Positions 48,647-58,181 of a stretch of DNA of 64,000 nt are shown here, piece after piece. The stretch spans positions 4,512,001-4,576,000 of the forward strand of contig OZ242214.1 of NCBI GenBank assembly GCA_965206595.1, given 5' to 3'. Position 1 is the stretch's first letter; each line of letters starts with the position of its first letter. Origin of the DNA: Candidatus Latescibacterota bacterium (lineage in GTDB: Bacteria; Latescibacterota; UBA2968; UBA8231). A model generated the notes under the pieces. That model had not been told where the DNA came from. It was given only the letters and a program-made list of their open reading frames with translations, and did not search any database. The position numbers and the translations under genes were made by a program.

Positions 48647-50713
48647 GTGCAGTTCCTCAATCCCGCGGCGCTGATCGCACTGGCGGCCGCGGCAGTTCCC
48701 CTGGCCGTTCACCTGCTGCATCGCGGCAGTTCCGAGCCCCTTCCGTTTAGCAACCTCCGTTTCCTGCGCCACCTGCACCAGAGCCGGATGCGCAGCATCC
48801 GCCTGCGCCAGTGGCTGGTTCTCCTGCTGCGCACTCTCGCTGTGGCCGCACTCGTCCTCGCCTTCGCGCGTCCTGCCTTGCGCGGCGGAGAGGGGGGATG
48901 GTTCGGCCGGCCGGCCCCGGTGGCTGCGGCGATCCTGCTCGACGTCTCGTACAGCACGGGATACCGGCCGGGATCGGTGCGCAACTTCGATCGCCTGCGG
49001 TCCCAGGCGATCGACCTGCTGGAGCTGTTTACCCCCGGGGACGAGGTTGGCGTCATTCCATTCGCCTCCGAGGTGGCCCCGATCGACGGGGAGCTGCCGC
49101 AGGCGCTGCGGGAGCTTGCGGTGCGCCAGGAAGGGACCGACATCGAGGCGGCGCTGCGCGCCGCCGAGCGCCACTTCGAGGAGGCCGGCCTGCAGCGAGA
49201 GCTCTTCATCTGTTCCGATCTCGCGGTCCCGGGCTGGCTGGAGGTCACCGCCAGACGGTCCGCGGAATGGTCGCAAACCGCGATTTACACCACCGATCTC
49301 CAGCTCTCCGGCCGCGGCAATCGCTATCTCTCGGCCGTGGACGCCGGCATCTGGCTGGCCGCTCCGGGCGGCGGATGGCGGATCCGGGCGGAGGTGATCA
49401 ACGCCTCGGAAAACCACTCGGAGGAATTGAGCGCCGACCTTTTCATCGACGGGGAGAGGGTGCAACGGCGCGCGGTCGAGCTTCAACCCGGCGAGCGCTC
49501 CGAGCTGGAGTTCTCAACCACTCCCCGCCGCGACGGTTTCACGAGCGGCTACGTAGAAATCGAAGAGGATGCCTTGACGCTCGACGACAGGCGCTACTTC
49601 ACCGCCTTCATACCGCGGCATGTCCGCGTGGTGGTGGCTGGCGATCCCGGAGATCTCTACTTCCCGCAGCAGGCGCTGGCAGCCGCCGCCACTGGCGATC
49701 CCAGCCTGGAGCTCGACAGCATTTCCCCCGGTTCTCTCGGTTCCGGGGTTCTGGACGAGGCCGGGGTGCTGATCCTGTGCAACGTCTCGCGGCTCGGCAG
49801 CGAGCAGATCGGGGCCGTTCGCGATTTCGCGGCGCGGGGAGGGGGGGTCGTTGTATTTCCCGGCCCGGACGCCGACATCAGCTACCTCAACCGCCATCTC
49901 CTTTCCACCTTGATTCCGGCCTCGATCGTGAAAGCGGTCGGGCGCCCGGGGCCCGCGGGCCGGAGACCGGCTTCCTTCCTCCGGCTCGATCCCGCGGCCT
50001 CGGATGAGGTCCTGCTCGAGGGTCTGACCGAGGCTGCTGCCAGGCCTCGTTTCTTCGCCGCCTTCTCTCTGATGACCAACCCCGGCGTTTCGGCGCTGCT
50101 CTCTTTCGGGGATGGCTCCCCGGCCGCGGCCATGGCCTGGCGCCGGATGGGGCGCGTCGTCCTGTTCGCGGTCCCGCTGTCGCTCGAGTGGAGCGAGCTG
50201 CCGTCGAGCGCGCTGTTCGCCCCGTTGCTTCAGCGTCTCTGCCGGCTGCTGGGCACTCCCTCGCAGGGCGGACGCGGTTACCTGGTCGGTCAGACGGTTC
50301 GCCGCCGTCTCCTCGGGGTAGTTCCCGGCGACCGTGTCGAGGTCCGGACTCCGAGCGGCCGGCGCTACTTCCAGTCGGCCGAGGCGAACTCCGAGGGGAC
50401 CTTCTGGACCGGGCGTCCTGCCGAAGCGGGGGTGTGGCGTCTCGAAAAAGGGGGCGAGGTCGTCGACCGCTTCGCCGTCAATGTCGACACCCGCGAGTCG
50501 AATCTGGAGGAGGTCTCTCCCGGCCAGCTCGAGCGCATCTTCGGCCCGGCGCGGGTCGTGCCGCTAGCGTCGGACGCGGACCTGCGCGAACAGGTTCTTG
50601 TTCGGCGTTATGGCCGCGAACTGTGGCGGGAGTTCCTGCTCGCCGCCCTGGCGCTCCTGCTTGCGGAATCCTGGCTCGCGCGAGCGCCCCCGATCGGCAA
50701 GCCAGACGGCTGA
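48647..50713 (+). CDS. BatA-domain / vWA protein with N-terminal double TM and C-terminal TM
   Basis: MQFLNP...PLAVHL...F.NLRFL, AFARP, MIDAS-like DVSYS, C-terminal ELW...LLLAESWL. Confidence 0.85.
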   Translation: MQFLNPAALIALAAAAVPLAVHLLHRGSSEPLPFSNLRFLRHLHQSRMRSIRLRQWLVLLLRTLAVAALVLAFARPALRGGEGGWFGRPAPVAAAILLDVSYSTGYRPGSVRNFDRLRSQAIDLLELFTPGDEVGVIPFASEVAPIDGELPQALRELAVRQEGTDIEAALRAAERHFEEAGLQRELFICSDLAVPGWLEVTARRSAEWSQTAIYTTDLQLSGRGNRYLSAVDAGIWLAAPGGGWRIRAEVINASENHSEELSADLFIDGERVQRRAVELQPGERSELEFSTTPRRDGFTSGYVEIEEDALTLDDRRYFTAFIPRHVRVVVAGDPGDLYFPQQALAAAATGDPSLELDSISPGSLGSGVLDEAGVLILCNVSRLGSEQIGAVRDFAARGGGVVVFPGPDADISYLNRHLLSTLIPASIVKAVGRPGPAGRRPASFLRLDPAASDEVLLEGLTEAAARPRFFAAFSLMTNPGVSALLSFGDGSPAAAMAWRRMGRVVLFAVPLSLEWSELPSSALFAPLLQRLCRLLGTPSQGGRGYLVGQTVRRRLLGVVPGDRVEVRTPSGRRYFQSAEANSEGTFWTGRPAEAGVWRLEKGGEVVDRFAVNVDTRESNLEEVSPGQLERIFGPARVVPLASDADLREQVLVRRYGRELWREFLLAALALLLAESWLARAPPIGKPDG

Positions 50714-50725
50714 GGAGGAGCCGGT

Positions 50726-51061
50726 TCAGCCGGCCTCCCGCAGCGCCTCGAAGGTGTAGATCCCGGTGTCGTGGCCGTCGGCCCAGGTGATGCGGATGCC
50801 GTAGCGGCCGACGTGCTCGAACCTCAATGCCTCGGCGGTCGCGGTCTCCGCCTCTCCCTCCAGTACCGGCAGCTCCCCGGTTGCGGACGGCTCGCTGTCC
50901 CGGCGCGCCTCCCGGCACATCGCACAGGGACAGCTGCGGCGCAGCTCGCTCAGGAGGGCCTGCGAGCTGGTTCCGTCGCTCCAGGCGATTTCCAGGTGCT
51001 CCCCTGTCAGGGTGATGGCGGTGGGTCGCGTCCTCCTCTGCCTGGCCACGGGCAGCCTCAC
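50726..51061 (-). CDS. DUF971 / gamma-butyrobetaine-hydroxylase-like N-terminal domain protein
   Basis: LRRSCPCAMC, VGRYGIRITWADGHDTGIY. Confidence 0.88.
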   Translation of the reverse strand: MRLPVARQRRTRPTAITLTGEHLEIAWSDGTSSQALLSELRRSCPCAMCREARRDSEPSATGELPVLEGEAETATAEALRFEHVGRYGIRITWADGHDTGIYTFEALREAG

Positions 51062-52389
51062 CAGACAGGGCCGAGGGCGCGCGCAGTCAACTCGTACGGG
51101 TAGGCCCCGGTGATCTCGACTTCCGCAAAATTCCCCGGTCGCAGCTCTGTTTCGCCGGCGTCGATGCCGACGCTGCCGTCGATCTCGGGGGCGTCGCGCT
51201 GCAGGCGGCCGTTGAAATGGCCCTCTGCCTCGGCATCCCGCTCGTCGATCAGCGCGGTGTGACGGGTGCCGACGTGGCCGAGGTTGATCTCCGCGGAGAT
51301 GCGGTCCTGAAGCTCGGTCAGGCGGCGGTAGCGCTCCTCCTTCACCTCCTCGAGGACCGGCTGGTCGAGGTCCGCCCCCGCGGTTCCCTCTTCCGGCGAG
51401 TAGATGAAACAGGTCGCGTTGTCGAAGCGGCTGTCCTCGATGAATTGGAGCAGCTCCTCGAACTGGGCGTCGGTTTCGCCGGGAAAGCCGACGATGAACG
51501 ACGATCGCAGTCCAACTCCGGGCAGGCGGGTGCGCAGCTTTTCAAGCAACTCGAGGGTCTTGCGCCGGGTGGTCGCCCGCTTCATGCGCGCCAGCACCGG
51601 GTCCGAGATGTGCTGCAACGGCATGTCGATGTAGTTGCACATGACTGGCGTGGCGGCGAAAAAATCGATCAGCTCATCGCTCCAGAACGCCGGGTAGGTG
51701 TACATCAGGCGCATCCACTCGAGGCCCTCGACCGCGGCCAACTTGCGCAGCAGGGGCAGCAGCTCGAAACGGCCGTAGAGATCCTTGCCGTAGCGCACCG
51801 AGTCCTGGGAGACGAGCACCAGCTCGCGCGCACCGCCGGCGGTCAACCGCTCCGCCTCGGCCACGAGGGCTTCCACCGGCTCGCTGCGGTGTCTGCCCTT
51901 GATCAGCGGGATCGCACAGAAGGCGCACTGATGGTCGCAGCCGTCGGAGATGCGGAGATAGGCCCAGTGGCGGGGGGTCGTCTGCAGCCGCGGGGCGCTG
52001 TCGATGTAGCGCTCTCGCGCCCGCCCGAGCAAGCGGTCGACGTAGCGGGCGATCTCCTTCTCCTGGCTGAGTGTCAGGATCTCGTCCGCTTCCTCGGCGA
52101 GTTCCCTGCGCAAATCAGGGCGGTAACGCTCGGCGAGGCAGCCGGTGACGATGACCCCCTTGCAGACCCCGGTCTCCCTGAGCTCGTGAGCTGCGAGGAT
52201 GGCATCTATCGACTCCTCCTTGGCGGGGCCGATGAACCCGCAGGTGTTGACGATGACGACATCGGCAACCTGCGGGTCGGAGGTCGTTTCGTAGCCGTTG
52301 CCGTCGAGCAGTCCCAGCATGCGTTCGGAATCGACGGTGTTCTTGGGACACCCGAGGCTGACGAGGTGGATTTTGGCTCTGGCGGTCAT
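51058..52389 (-). CDS. rimO: Ribosomal protein S12 methylthiotransferase
   Basis: SLGCPKNTVDSE, NTCGFI, GCL, CDHQCAFC, DAPEIDG, TRAM domain. Confidence 0.97.
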   Translation of the reverse strand: MTARAKIHLVSLGCPKNTVDSERMLGLLDGNGYETTSDPQVADVVIVNTCGFIGPAKEESIDAILAAHELRETGVCKGVIVTGCLAERYRPDLRRELAEEADEILTLSQEKEIARYVDRLLGRARERYIDSAPRLQTTPRHWAYLRISDGCDHQCAFCAIPLIKGRHRSEPVEALVAEAERLTAGGARELVLVSQDSVRYGKDLYGRFELLPLLRKLAAVEGLEWMRLMYTYPAFWSDELIDFFAATPVMCNYIDMPLQHISDPVLARMKRATTRRKTLELLEKLRTRLPGVGLRSSFIVGFPGETDAQFEELLQFIEDSRFDNATCFIYSPEEGTAGADLDQPVLEEVKEERYRRLTELQDRISAEINLGHVGTRHTALIDERDAEAEGHFNGRLQRDAPEIDGSVGIDAGETELRPGNFAEVEITGAYPYELTARALGPVW

Positions 52390-52399
52390 GTCGTTGTAA

Positions 52400-53500
52400 T
52401 CAGGGATACACCTCCTGAATGTACTCGACCCCGGCGCTTGCCACTCCCTCGTCGACGTCCTCGACCAGGCTCACCTCGCCGATGCGGCGGCCGAGAACGA
52501 AGCGCAGCCTGCCGTCGCGGCGCTTCTTGTCGGCATGGGTGCGGTCGACGATGCTCGCGGCTGGGACCTGACTGATTCCGGGCGGCACTCCCAGGCGCTC
52601 GAGCAGCGCGTCCTGGCGCCGCTGCTCCGCTGTCGACCAGGTGCCGAGCAGCGTGGCGATCTGTCCGGCCGCGGCCATGCCGAGAATCACGGCCTCGCCG
52701 TGACTGTACCCCTGGTAGCCGGTCGCCGCTTCGATCGCGTGGCCGATGGTGTGGCCGTAGTTGAGAATGGCACGCAGGCCGCCCTCCTTCTCGTCGCCCG
52801 AGACCACGGAAGCCTTGATGGCGGCGTTGCGGGCAATCAGCCAGTCGAGTTCCCCTGAATCGATCTCCAGGGCGACGACTTTTTCGATGTTTCGTTCGAG
52901 ATACTCGAAGAGCTCGGCGTCGCGAATGACCGCGTGCTTGACGACCTCCGACATTCCGGCGACGCGATCGGAAACCGGCAGGGTTCGCAGGGTGGAGGTG
53001 TCGGCCAGCACCAGTCGCGGCTGGTGGAAGGCGCCGATCGTGTTCTTGCCGAGTGCGTGATTGACCGCGGTTTTTCCCCCGATGCTGGCGTCGACCTGGG
53101 CGACGATCGTCGTCGGCACCTGCACGAAGTCGACGCCGCGCAGAAAGGTCGCCGCGACAAAGCCCGCGAGATCGCCGGCGACGCCGCCCCCGAGGGCGGC
53201 GATCCAGCAGCCGCGGTCCATGCGCGCTTCGATCAGCTGCCCGAAGATGCGCTCCGCAGCAGCGAGGTTTTTCTCCGAGTCGCCGCCGGGGAAGAGGATT
53301 TCGGTCACTCGAAAGCCGGCGCCGCGCAGACTCTCCGAAAGAATTGGAACGCAACTGTCCGCAAGGGCGGTGTCGGCGATCACCGCGGCGCGGTTGCCGA
53401 GGCCGAGTTCCCCGCAGCGCCGCCCGATCTCCGGGAGGATGCCGCTGCCGACCACGACCTCGTAGCCGCGTTCCCCCAGCTCGACGGTTACGGACGGCAT
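52400..53500 (-). CDS. aroB: 3-dehydroquinate synthase
   Basis: GGGVAGDLAGF, PTT..AQVDASIGGKT, LNYGHTIGHAIE, HGEAV. Confidence 0.97.
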   Translation of the reverse strand: MPSVTVELGERGYEVVVGSGILPEIGRRCGELGLGNRAAVIADTALADSCVPILSESLRGAGFRVTEILFPGGDSEKNLAAAERIFGQLIEARMDRGCWIAALGGGVAGDLAGFVAATFLRGVDFVQVPTTIVAQVDASIGGKTAVNHALGKNTIGAFHQPRLVLADTSTLRTLPVSDRVAGMSEVVKHAVIRDAELFEYLERNIEKVVALEIDSGELDWLIARNAAIKASVVSGDEKEGGLRAILNYGHTIGHAIEAATGYQGYSHGEAVILGMAAAGQIATLLGTWSTAEQRRQDALLERLGVPPGISQVPAASIVDRTHADKKRRDGRLRFVLGRRIGEVSLVEDVDEGVASAGVEYIQEVYP

Positions 53501-54036
53501 GGCGGCTTCCGCTCGAGAAATCGGTGAATTTCCTCCGCGGCCTCTTCGGGGGTCCGTTCCCGGCACGACTGCACCGTCATGTCGGCGGCGGCGTAGAAAG
53601 GGGCCCGCTCGATCAGCATGCGCACGATTCTTTCCCGTTTCTGCTCCATGGTCAGCCCGGCGAGCAAGGGGCGGGTCTCCTTGCGGCCGACCCGCTCTAG
53701 TATCGTGTCAGCGTCCGCTTGAAGACAGACGAGAAGGCCCGGCGATTCGCGAATGGCGTCGCGGTTGCGCTCCTGGGTGATGGCGCCGCCGCCGAGGGCG
53801 ACGACGACATCGCGGCGCGAAGCGACCTCGACTACGCAGGCGTGCTCGATATTCCGGAACCAGTCCTCCCCTTTTTCCGCAAAAATTTCCGCGATCGCCA
53901 TGCCGGCGCGCTCCTCCGCCATGTCGTCGGTATCGATGAACCAGCGTCCCATGCGCCGGGCGAGCAGGCGTCCCACCTTGCTCTTGCCGGTCGCCATGAA
54001 ACCGGTGAGGAAAACCGGGCCGTTCACGGGTAGCAC
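53488..54036 (-). CDS. aroK: Shikimate kinase (start uncertain)
   Basis: GFMATGKS, DTD, GE..FR..E, ALGGG, RPLL. Confidence 0.93.
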   Translation of the reverse strand: MLPVNGPVFLTGFMATGKSKVGRLLARRMGRWFIDTDDMAEERAGMAIAEIFAEKGEDWFRNIEHACVVEVASRRDVVVALGGGAITQERNRDAIRESPGLLVCLQADADTILERVGRKETRPLLAGLTMEQKRERIVRMLIERAPFYAAADMTVQSCRERTPEEAAEEIHRFLERKPPCRP

Positions 54037-54181
54037 CGGCTCCCCGCCGGCAGAAGCCGGGCTCGCGCATGGTACCACCGGGGCGTACTGGGAAAGACAC
54101 TGTCTTGTGAGCCGAAGCCGTGCCCGAACGGCTTCTCCCGCCGCCTGCAAACGCCGATGGTCAGCTGCGCCAAGCCCATTT

Positions 54182-55885
54182 TCACATCTCCTCCGGGGCT
54201 TTCATTCCGACCAGCTCCAGCCCCGTGCGCAGCACCGCGCGCACTGCGTCGACCAGCCTGATCCGCGCCTCGGCCAGCTCGGGGTCGCCGGGTACCAGCA
54301 CCTGAAGTTCGTTGTACATCTTGTTGGCGACCGCGGCCAATTCGAGCAGATAGGTGGTGATACAGGAAGGTTCGTCCTCGTCCGCGGCCTGTGCTACCTG
54401 TGCGGGAAACTCTGCGAGCTTTCGGGCGACTCGCATCTCGGCCTGTTCCCCCAGTCTGGCCGCGTCGCCGCGGTCCGGCGGTTTGCCGAATCGCCGCAGG
54501 ATGCTGCAGAAGCGCGCATGAGTGTACTGCAGGTAAGGCCCGGTCTCGCCGTCAAAGTTGAGGACCTCCTCCAGGGAAAAGCTCACGTCGCGAGTGCGCC
54601 GGTTGCTGACGTCGGCGAACACCACAGCCCCTATGCCCACCTGCCGCGCGACTTCTTCCCTGCCGGCGAGCTGCGGGTTCTTCTCGGAGATGATGCCCCG
54701 GGCAAGCTCGACGGCGCGCCCGAGCACGTCTTCGAGCAACAGCGCGTTCCCCTTGCGGGTTCCCATCGCTTCCCCTTTGAAGGAGAGCAACCCGAAGGGG
54801 GCGTGCACGCAGCGGCTGATCCAGTCGGCGCCGACCCGTTCCAGGGAGCCGAAAACCTGGCGGAAGTGCAGCTGCTGCCGGATGTCGGTGACGTATACCA
54901 TCTTGTCGAACCGGTAGCGCTCCCAGCGGTAGCGCAGGGCGGCCAGATCGCGGCTGTGGTAGGTGCTCGTACCGGCGCTGGTTCGCAGCATGCAGGGGGG
55001 AATGTCCTCTCCGAGGCGGACGATCAGCGCCCCCTCGCTCTCTTCGGCGAGCCCCTTTTCCGCGAAGAAGGCGATCGTCTCGTCGAGCCGGTCGGCGAAG
55101 TGGCTCTCGCCGAGGTAGTCGTCGAACTCCACTTCGAGAATGCGGTACATGCGCTCCGCTTCGCGGCGCCCTTCCTCTACGAAGTACCGCCACAGGGAGA
55201 CCATCTTCTCGTCGCCGGCGGCTAGGCGGACGAGTCGTGCCCGAGCTTCCTGGGCGAGCTCGGGATGGCTTTTCACCTCTTCGTTGAAGCGCACGTACAG
55301 GTTGGACAGCTCCGCCACCGGGTTGATTCTGACCTTGCCGGGATCGGCCCACAAGGTGTAGGCGGCGAGGAGCTGCCCGAAGTTGGCGCCGTAGTCGCCG
55401 TAGTAGTTGATGCCGACGCATTTCCATCCGAGGAAGGCGTGGATGCGGCGGATGGCGTTGCCGATTGCGGTCGAGCGCAGGTGCTGGATGCCGAACGGCT
55501 TGGCGAGATTCGGAGCGCCGAAGTCGATGGCGAGGGTCTTGCCCCGCCCCTGATTCCCGGACCCGAAGCAGTCCCCCGTGGCGGCGATTTCCTCGAGGGT
55601 GTGGCGAATGAAGGCGGTGCGGTTCAGCCTGAAGTTGACGTATCCCCCGGCTGCCTCGACGCCGTCGATCCGGTCGCTTGCGGTGCCGCTGAGCCGGGAG
55701 GCCACCTCGCCGGCGATCTGGGCAGGGTTCCGGCGCAGCTGCTTGGCCAGCGTGAAGCAGGGGAGCGCGTAGTCCCCCATTTCCTCCGCCGGCGGTACGG
55801 AAAGCAGTTCCCGCAAGGTCTCGGAGTCGACGCCGGTCGCCGACGCGGCACCTTCAAGTATTTCCTCTACGAACGGATTGGTCAC
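54182..55885 (-). CDS. argS: Arginine--tRNA ligase
   Basis: PNLAKP...HLRST.IG, GDYG..FG, GETGPYLQY.HAR, ends PEEM. Confidence 0.95.
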   Translation of the reverse strand: MTNPFVEEILEGAASATGVDSETLRELLSVPPAEEMGDYALPCFTLAKQLRRNPAQIAGEVASRLSGTASDRIDGVEAAGGYVNFRLNRTAFIRHTLEEIAATGDCFGSGNQGRGKTLAIDFGAPNLAKPFGIQHLRSTAIGNAIRRIHAFLGWKCVGINYYGDYGANFGQLLAAYTLWADPGKVRINPVAELSNLYVRFNEEVKSHPELAQEARARLVRLAAGDEKMVSLWRYFVEEGRREAERMYRILEVEFDDYLGESHFADRLDETIAFFAEKGLAEESEGALIVRLGEDIPPCMLRTSAGTSTYHSRDLAALRYRWERYRFDKMVYVTDIRQQLHFRQVFGSLERVGADWISRCVHAPFGLLSFKGEAMGTRKGNALLLEDVLGRAVELARGIISEKNPQLAGREEVARQVGIGAVVFADVSNRRTRDVSFSLEEVLNFDGETGPYLQYTHARFCSILRRFGKPPDRGDAARLGEQAEMRVARKLAEFPAQVAQAADEDEPSCITTYLLELAAVANKMYNELQVLVPGDPELAEARIRLVDAVRAVLRTGLELVGMKAPEEM

Positions 55886-56733
55886 GGTTCCACCTGGCCG
55901 AGCAGGGCCTGTTTCATTTCCTCCACCGGCGCGGCCACACCGGTCCAGATCTCGAAGGCGCGCGCTCCCTGGTGAACGAGCATTCCGAGCCCGTCGACGG
56001 TGCGCGCCCCGGCCTTTTCGGCCTGGGCCAGCAGGCGCGTGTGCCGCGGCTTGTAGACGATGTCGAGGACTGTGAGGCGGTCGTGCAATACCGACGGATC
56101 GGGTAGCGGGGAAGCATCCGGCCGCGGATGCATTCCGACCGAAGTCGCGTTTATCAGCAGGCCCGCTTCGCCCATGGCGCCCCCCCCGCCAAGAGTTCCG
56201 ACGCGCACGCGGCGGGCCTCCGGGTCGAGATCGGCAGCCAGGGCATCGGCTTTTTCCGCGGTGCGGTTGAGGAGCAGGACATCTTCTACTTCTTCGGCCT
56301 GCAGCAAGGCGTAGAGGATTGCCCGGGCGGCGCCCCCTGCCCCGAGCAGCACCACCGCCGCCGGCAGGGAATCGAGTCCGCCGTCGGCGCAGAGGCTGGC
56401 GATGACGCCTTCCGCATCGGTGTTGTACCCGGTCAGGCGCCCATCCTTGTTGGCGATCGTGTTCACCGCCCCGATGGCCCGGGCTTCTTCCGAGATCTCG
56501 TCCAGTCCCTCCATCACCGCCACCTTGTGCGGCACCGTTACGTTCAGGCCGCGGATGCCGAGCGTCCGCATAGCCACCGGAACCTCGGCGACGCGGTCCG
56601 GGGGGACGGCGAACGGCAGGTAGGCGAAATCGAGTTCCGTCCTGGCGAGCGCGGCGTTGTGCATCGCCGGAGAGAAGCTGTGCTCGACGGGGTACCCGAT
56701 CACCCCGAGCAGGCCGGTTCTCGAGGTGATCAA
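55882..56733 (-). CDS. aroE: Shikimate dehydrogenase
   Basis: HSFSP.MHN, NVTVPHK, GAVNT, NTD, GAGGAARA, NRT, MLVHQG. Confidence 0.97.
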   Translation of the reverse strand: MITSRTGLLGVIGYPVEHSFSPAMHNAALARTELDFAYLPFAVPPDRVAEVPVAMRTLGIRGLNVTVPHKVAVMEGLDEISEEARAIGAVNTIANKDGRLTGYNTDAEGVIASLCADGGLDSLPAAVVLLGAGGAARAILYALLQAEEVEDVLLLNRTAEKADALAADLDPEARRVRVGTLGGGGAMGEAGLLINATSVGMHPRPDASPLPDPSVLHDRLTVLDIVYKPRHTRLLAQAEKAGARTVDGLGMLVHQGARAFEIWTGVAAPVEEMKQALLGQVEP

Positions 56734-56870
56734 CCGAGGAGATCCTCGATGAACTGGTCGGCTATCTCCAGACTCTCGCTCCAGCTCGCACCGTAGAGGA
56801 GCTTGATAAACAACACGCCGCCTCCGAACAGCAGGGCGAGCAGCGCGAACAAGCGTATGAACCCACTCAT
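56730..56870 (-). CDS. 46-aa putative single-pass membrane protein (not in the ORF track)
   Basis: MSGFIRLFALLALLFGGGVLFIKLLYGASWSESLEIADQFIEDLLG*. AGGAGAGG RBS; ATGA overlap with the upstream gene and TTGA overlap with aroE. Confidence 0.75.
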   Translation of the reverse strand: MSGFIRLFALLALLFGGGVLFIKLLYGASWSESLEIADQFIEDLLG

Positions 56871-58153
56871 GTCACCTCTCCTTTCTTGTCCTGCAAAGCC
56901 TGCAACAGATCGCAGAAGCCGGGAAAAATCTCTTGCAGACAGCCGCTGTCTGCGAGAACCATCTCCCCTTCGGCGAGCAGTCCCGCAACCGCGAACGCCA
57001 TCGCGAGTCCGGAATTGTTCCTGCAGTCGATCTCCCCCCCTGTCAGGGGCCTGCCCCCTTCTATGACGATCCCCTCGGGATACTCCCCGACTTTCGCCCC
57101 GATTCTGCGCAGAGCGGAAACCAGGTGAGCGACCAGATCGTGGCTCCCCTGCCGCAGGGGGGCGATGTCACGAATGATGAATTCACCCTCCACCTGGGTC
57201 GCCAGCACCGCCAGCATCGCCATCTGATCGAGGAGGCGTTCGCTGCGCCCCCCGGCGACGCGAGTTCCCTTGAGCCTGGCGGCCCCGACAACGAGGTCCG
57301 CCGCACCGTCTTCCCGCTCTTCGACCGCGGCCTCGCCGCCGATCTGCCTGAGAAGGTCGAGGAACGGGCGCTGTGGCGAGCGCAGCTCGACGTTGCGGAT
57401 GCGGACCTTCGAGCCCTTCAGACTCGAAGCGGCGACAACAAGCGGCAACGCCAACCGCAGCTCACCCGGCACGGAGACCCGAACTGCCCGCAGGTGCGTT
57501 CCCCCCTCCACGGCAATCGCGCGCGCGCCCTCCCGCCGGCTCCGTGAAATTCCGCCGCAGCGGCGATCCAACAGCTCGTCGACGCGGTCCCTGGAGGAAG
57601 GCGGTTCCCTGACCTCGGTGGCGCCCTTTCCGTACAGGCCGGCGATCAGCAGCGCCAGCTTCACCGGTGCCTCGAGGTCGGTCTCGGGATGTGAAGCCCC
57701 CTTCATGCCGTCGCCGCGGTCGAAGGCGACTACATCGCCGGCTGCGAGACGGCCTGCCGCTCCCATTCTGCCGAGGAGCTCGAGGAGCCGGGTGCAGGAC
57801 TCCTGCTGAGCCGCGGGAATCCGGGCCCGAAAGGGAATGCCCTGCCCGGCGAGCACGGCCAGCGCCGGCAGAGCCGTTGCTCCGGTGTCGGTGAGATCGA
57901 CGATGCCTTCAACGCGGCGCAGGGCATGCGGGCCTGCCCCTCGAATCGCCAGGGTGGAGTTTTCCCGCCTGGTTTCGATGCCCGCCCTGTGCAGCCAGGA
58001 GACCAGGCGCTCCGAGCCCGGAGGGAGGTTGTCGACTTCCGAGTCCCCCTCGGCAACTGCGGCCAGCAGCAGAGCCAGGGCGGCTCCGTCCCGGTCGCCC
58101 GGGACGCGCGCCTCCCCCTCGAGCCTGTGCGCTGCGGCTACTCGCTGCCGCAT
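56867..58153 (-). CDS. EPSP synthase (AroA)-fold protein with degenerate active site
   Basis: Full length (428 aa) and collinear with class II AroA (LEGEARVPGD, VKLALLIAGL, SRD, VPG, AMAFAVAGL, FPGF), but catalytic motifs are replaced. Confidence 0.85.
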   Translation of the reverse strand: MRQRVAAAHRLEGEARVPGDRDGAALALLLAAVAEGDSEVDNLPPGSERLVSWLHRAGIETRRENSTLAIRGAGPHALRRVEGIVDLTDTGATALPALAVLAGQGIPFRARIPAAQQESCTRLLELLGRMGAAGRLAAGDVVAFDRGDGMKGASHPETDLEAPVKLALLIAGLYGKGATEVREPPSSRDRVDELLDRRCGGISRSRREGARAIAVEGGTHLRAVRVSVPGELRLALPLVVAASSLKGSKVRIRNVELRSPQRPFLDLLRQIGGEAAVEEREDGAADLVVGAARLKGTRVAGGRSERLLDQMAMLAVLATQVEGEFIIRDIAPLRQGSHDLVAHLVSALRRIGAKVGEYPEGIVIEGGRPLTGGEIDCRNNSGLAMAFAVAGLLAEGEMVLADSGCLQEIFPGFCDLLQALQDKKGEVT

Positions 58154-58181
58154 CTGTCAATCGGTTGGCGGGAAATGCGGA

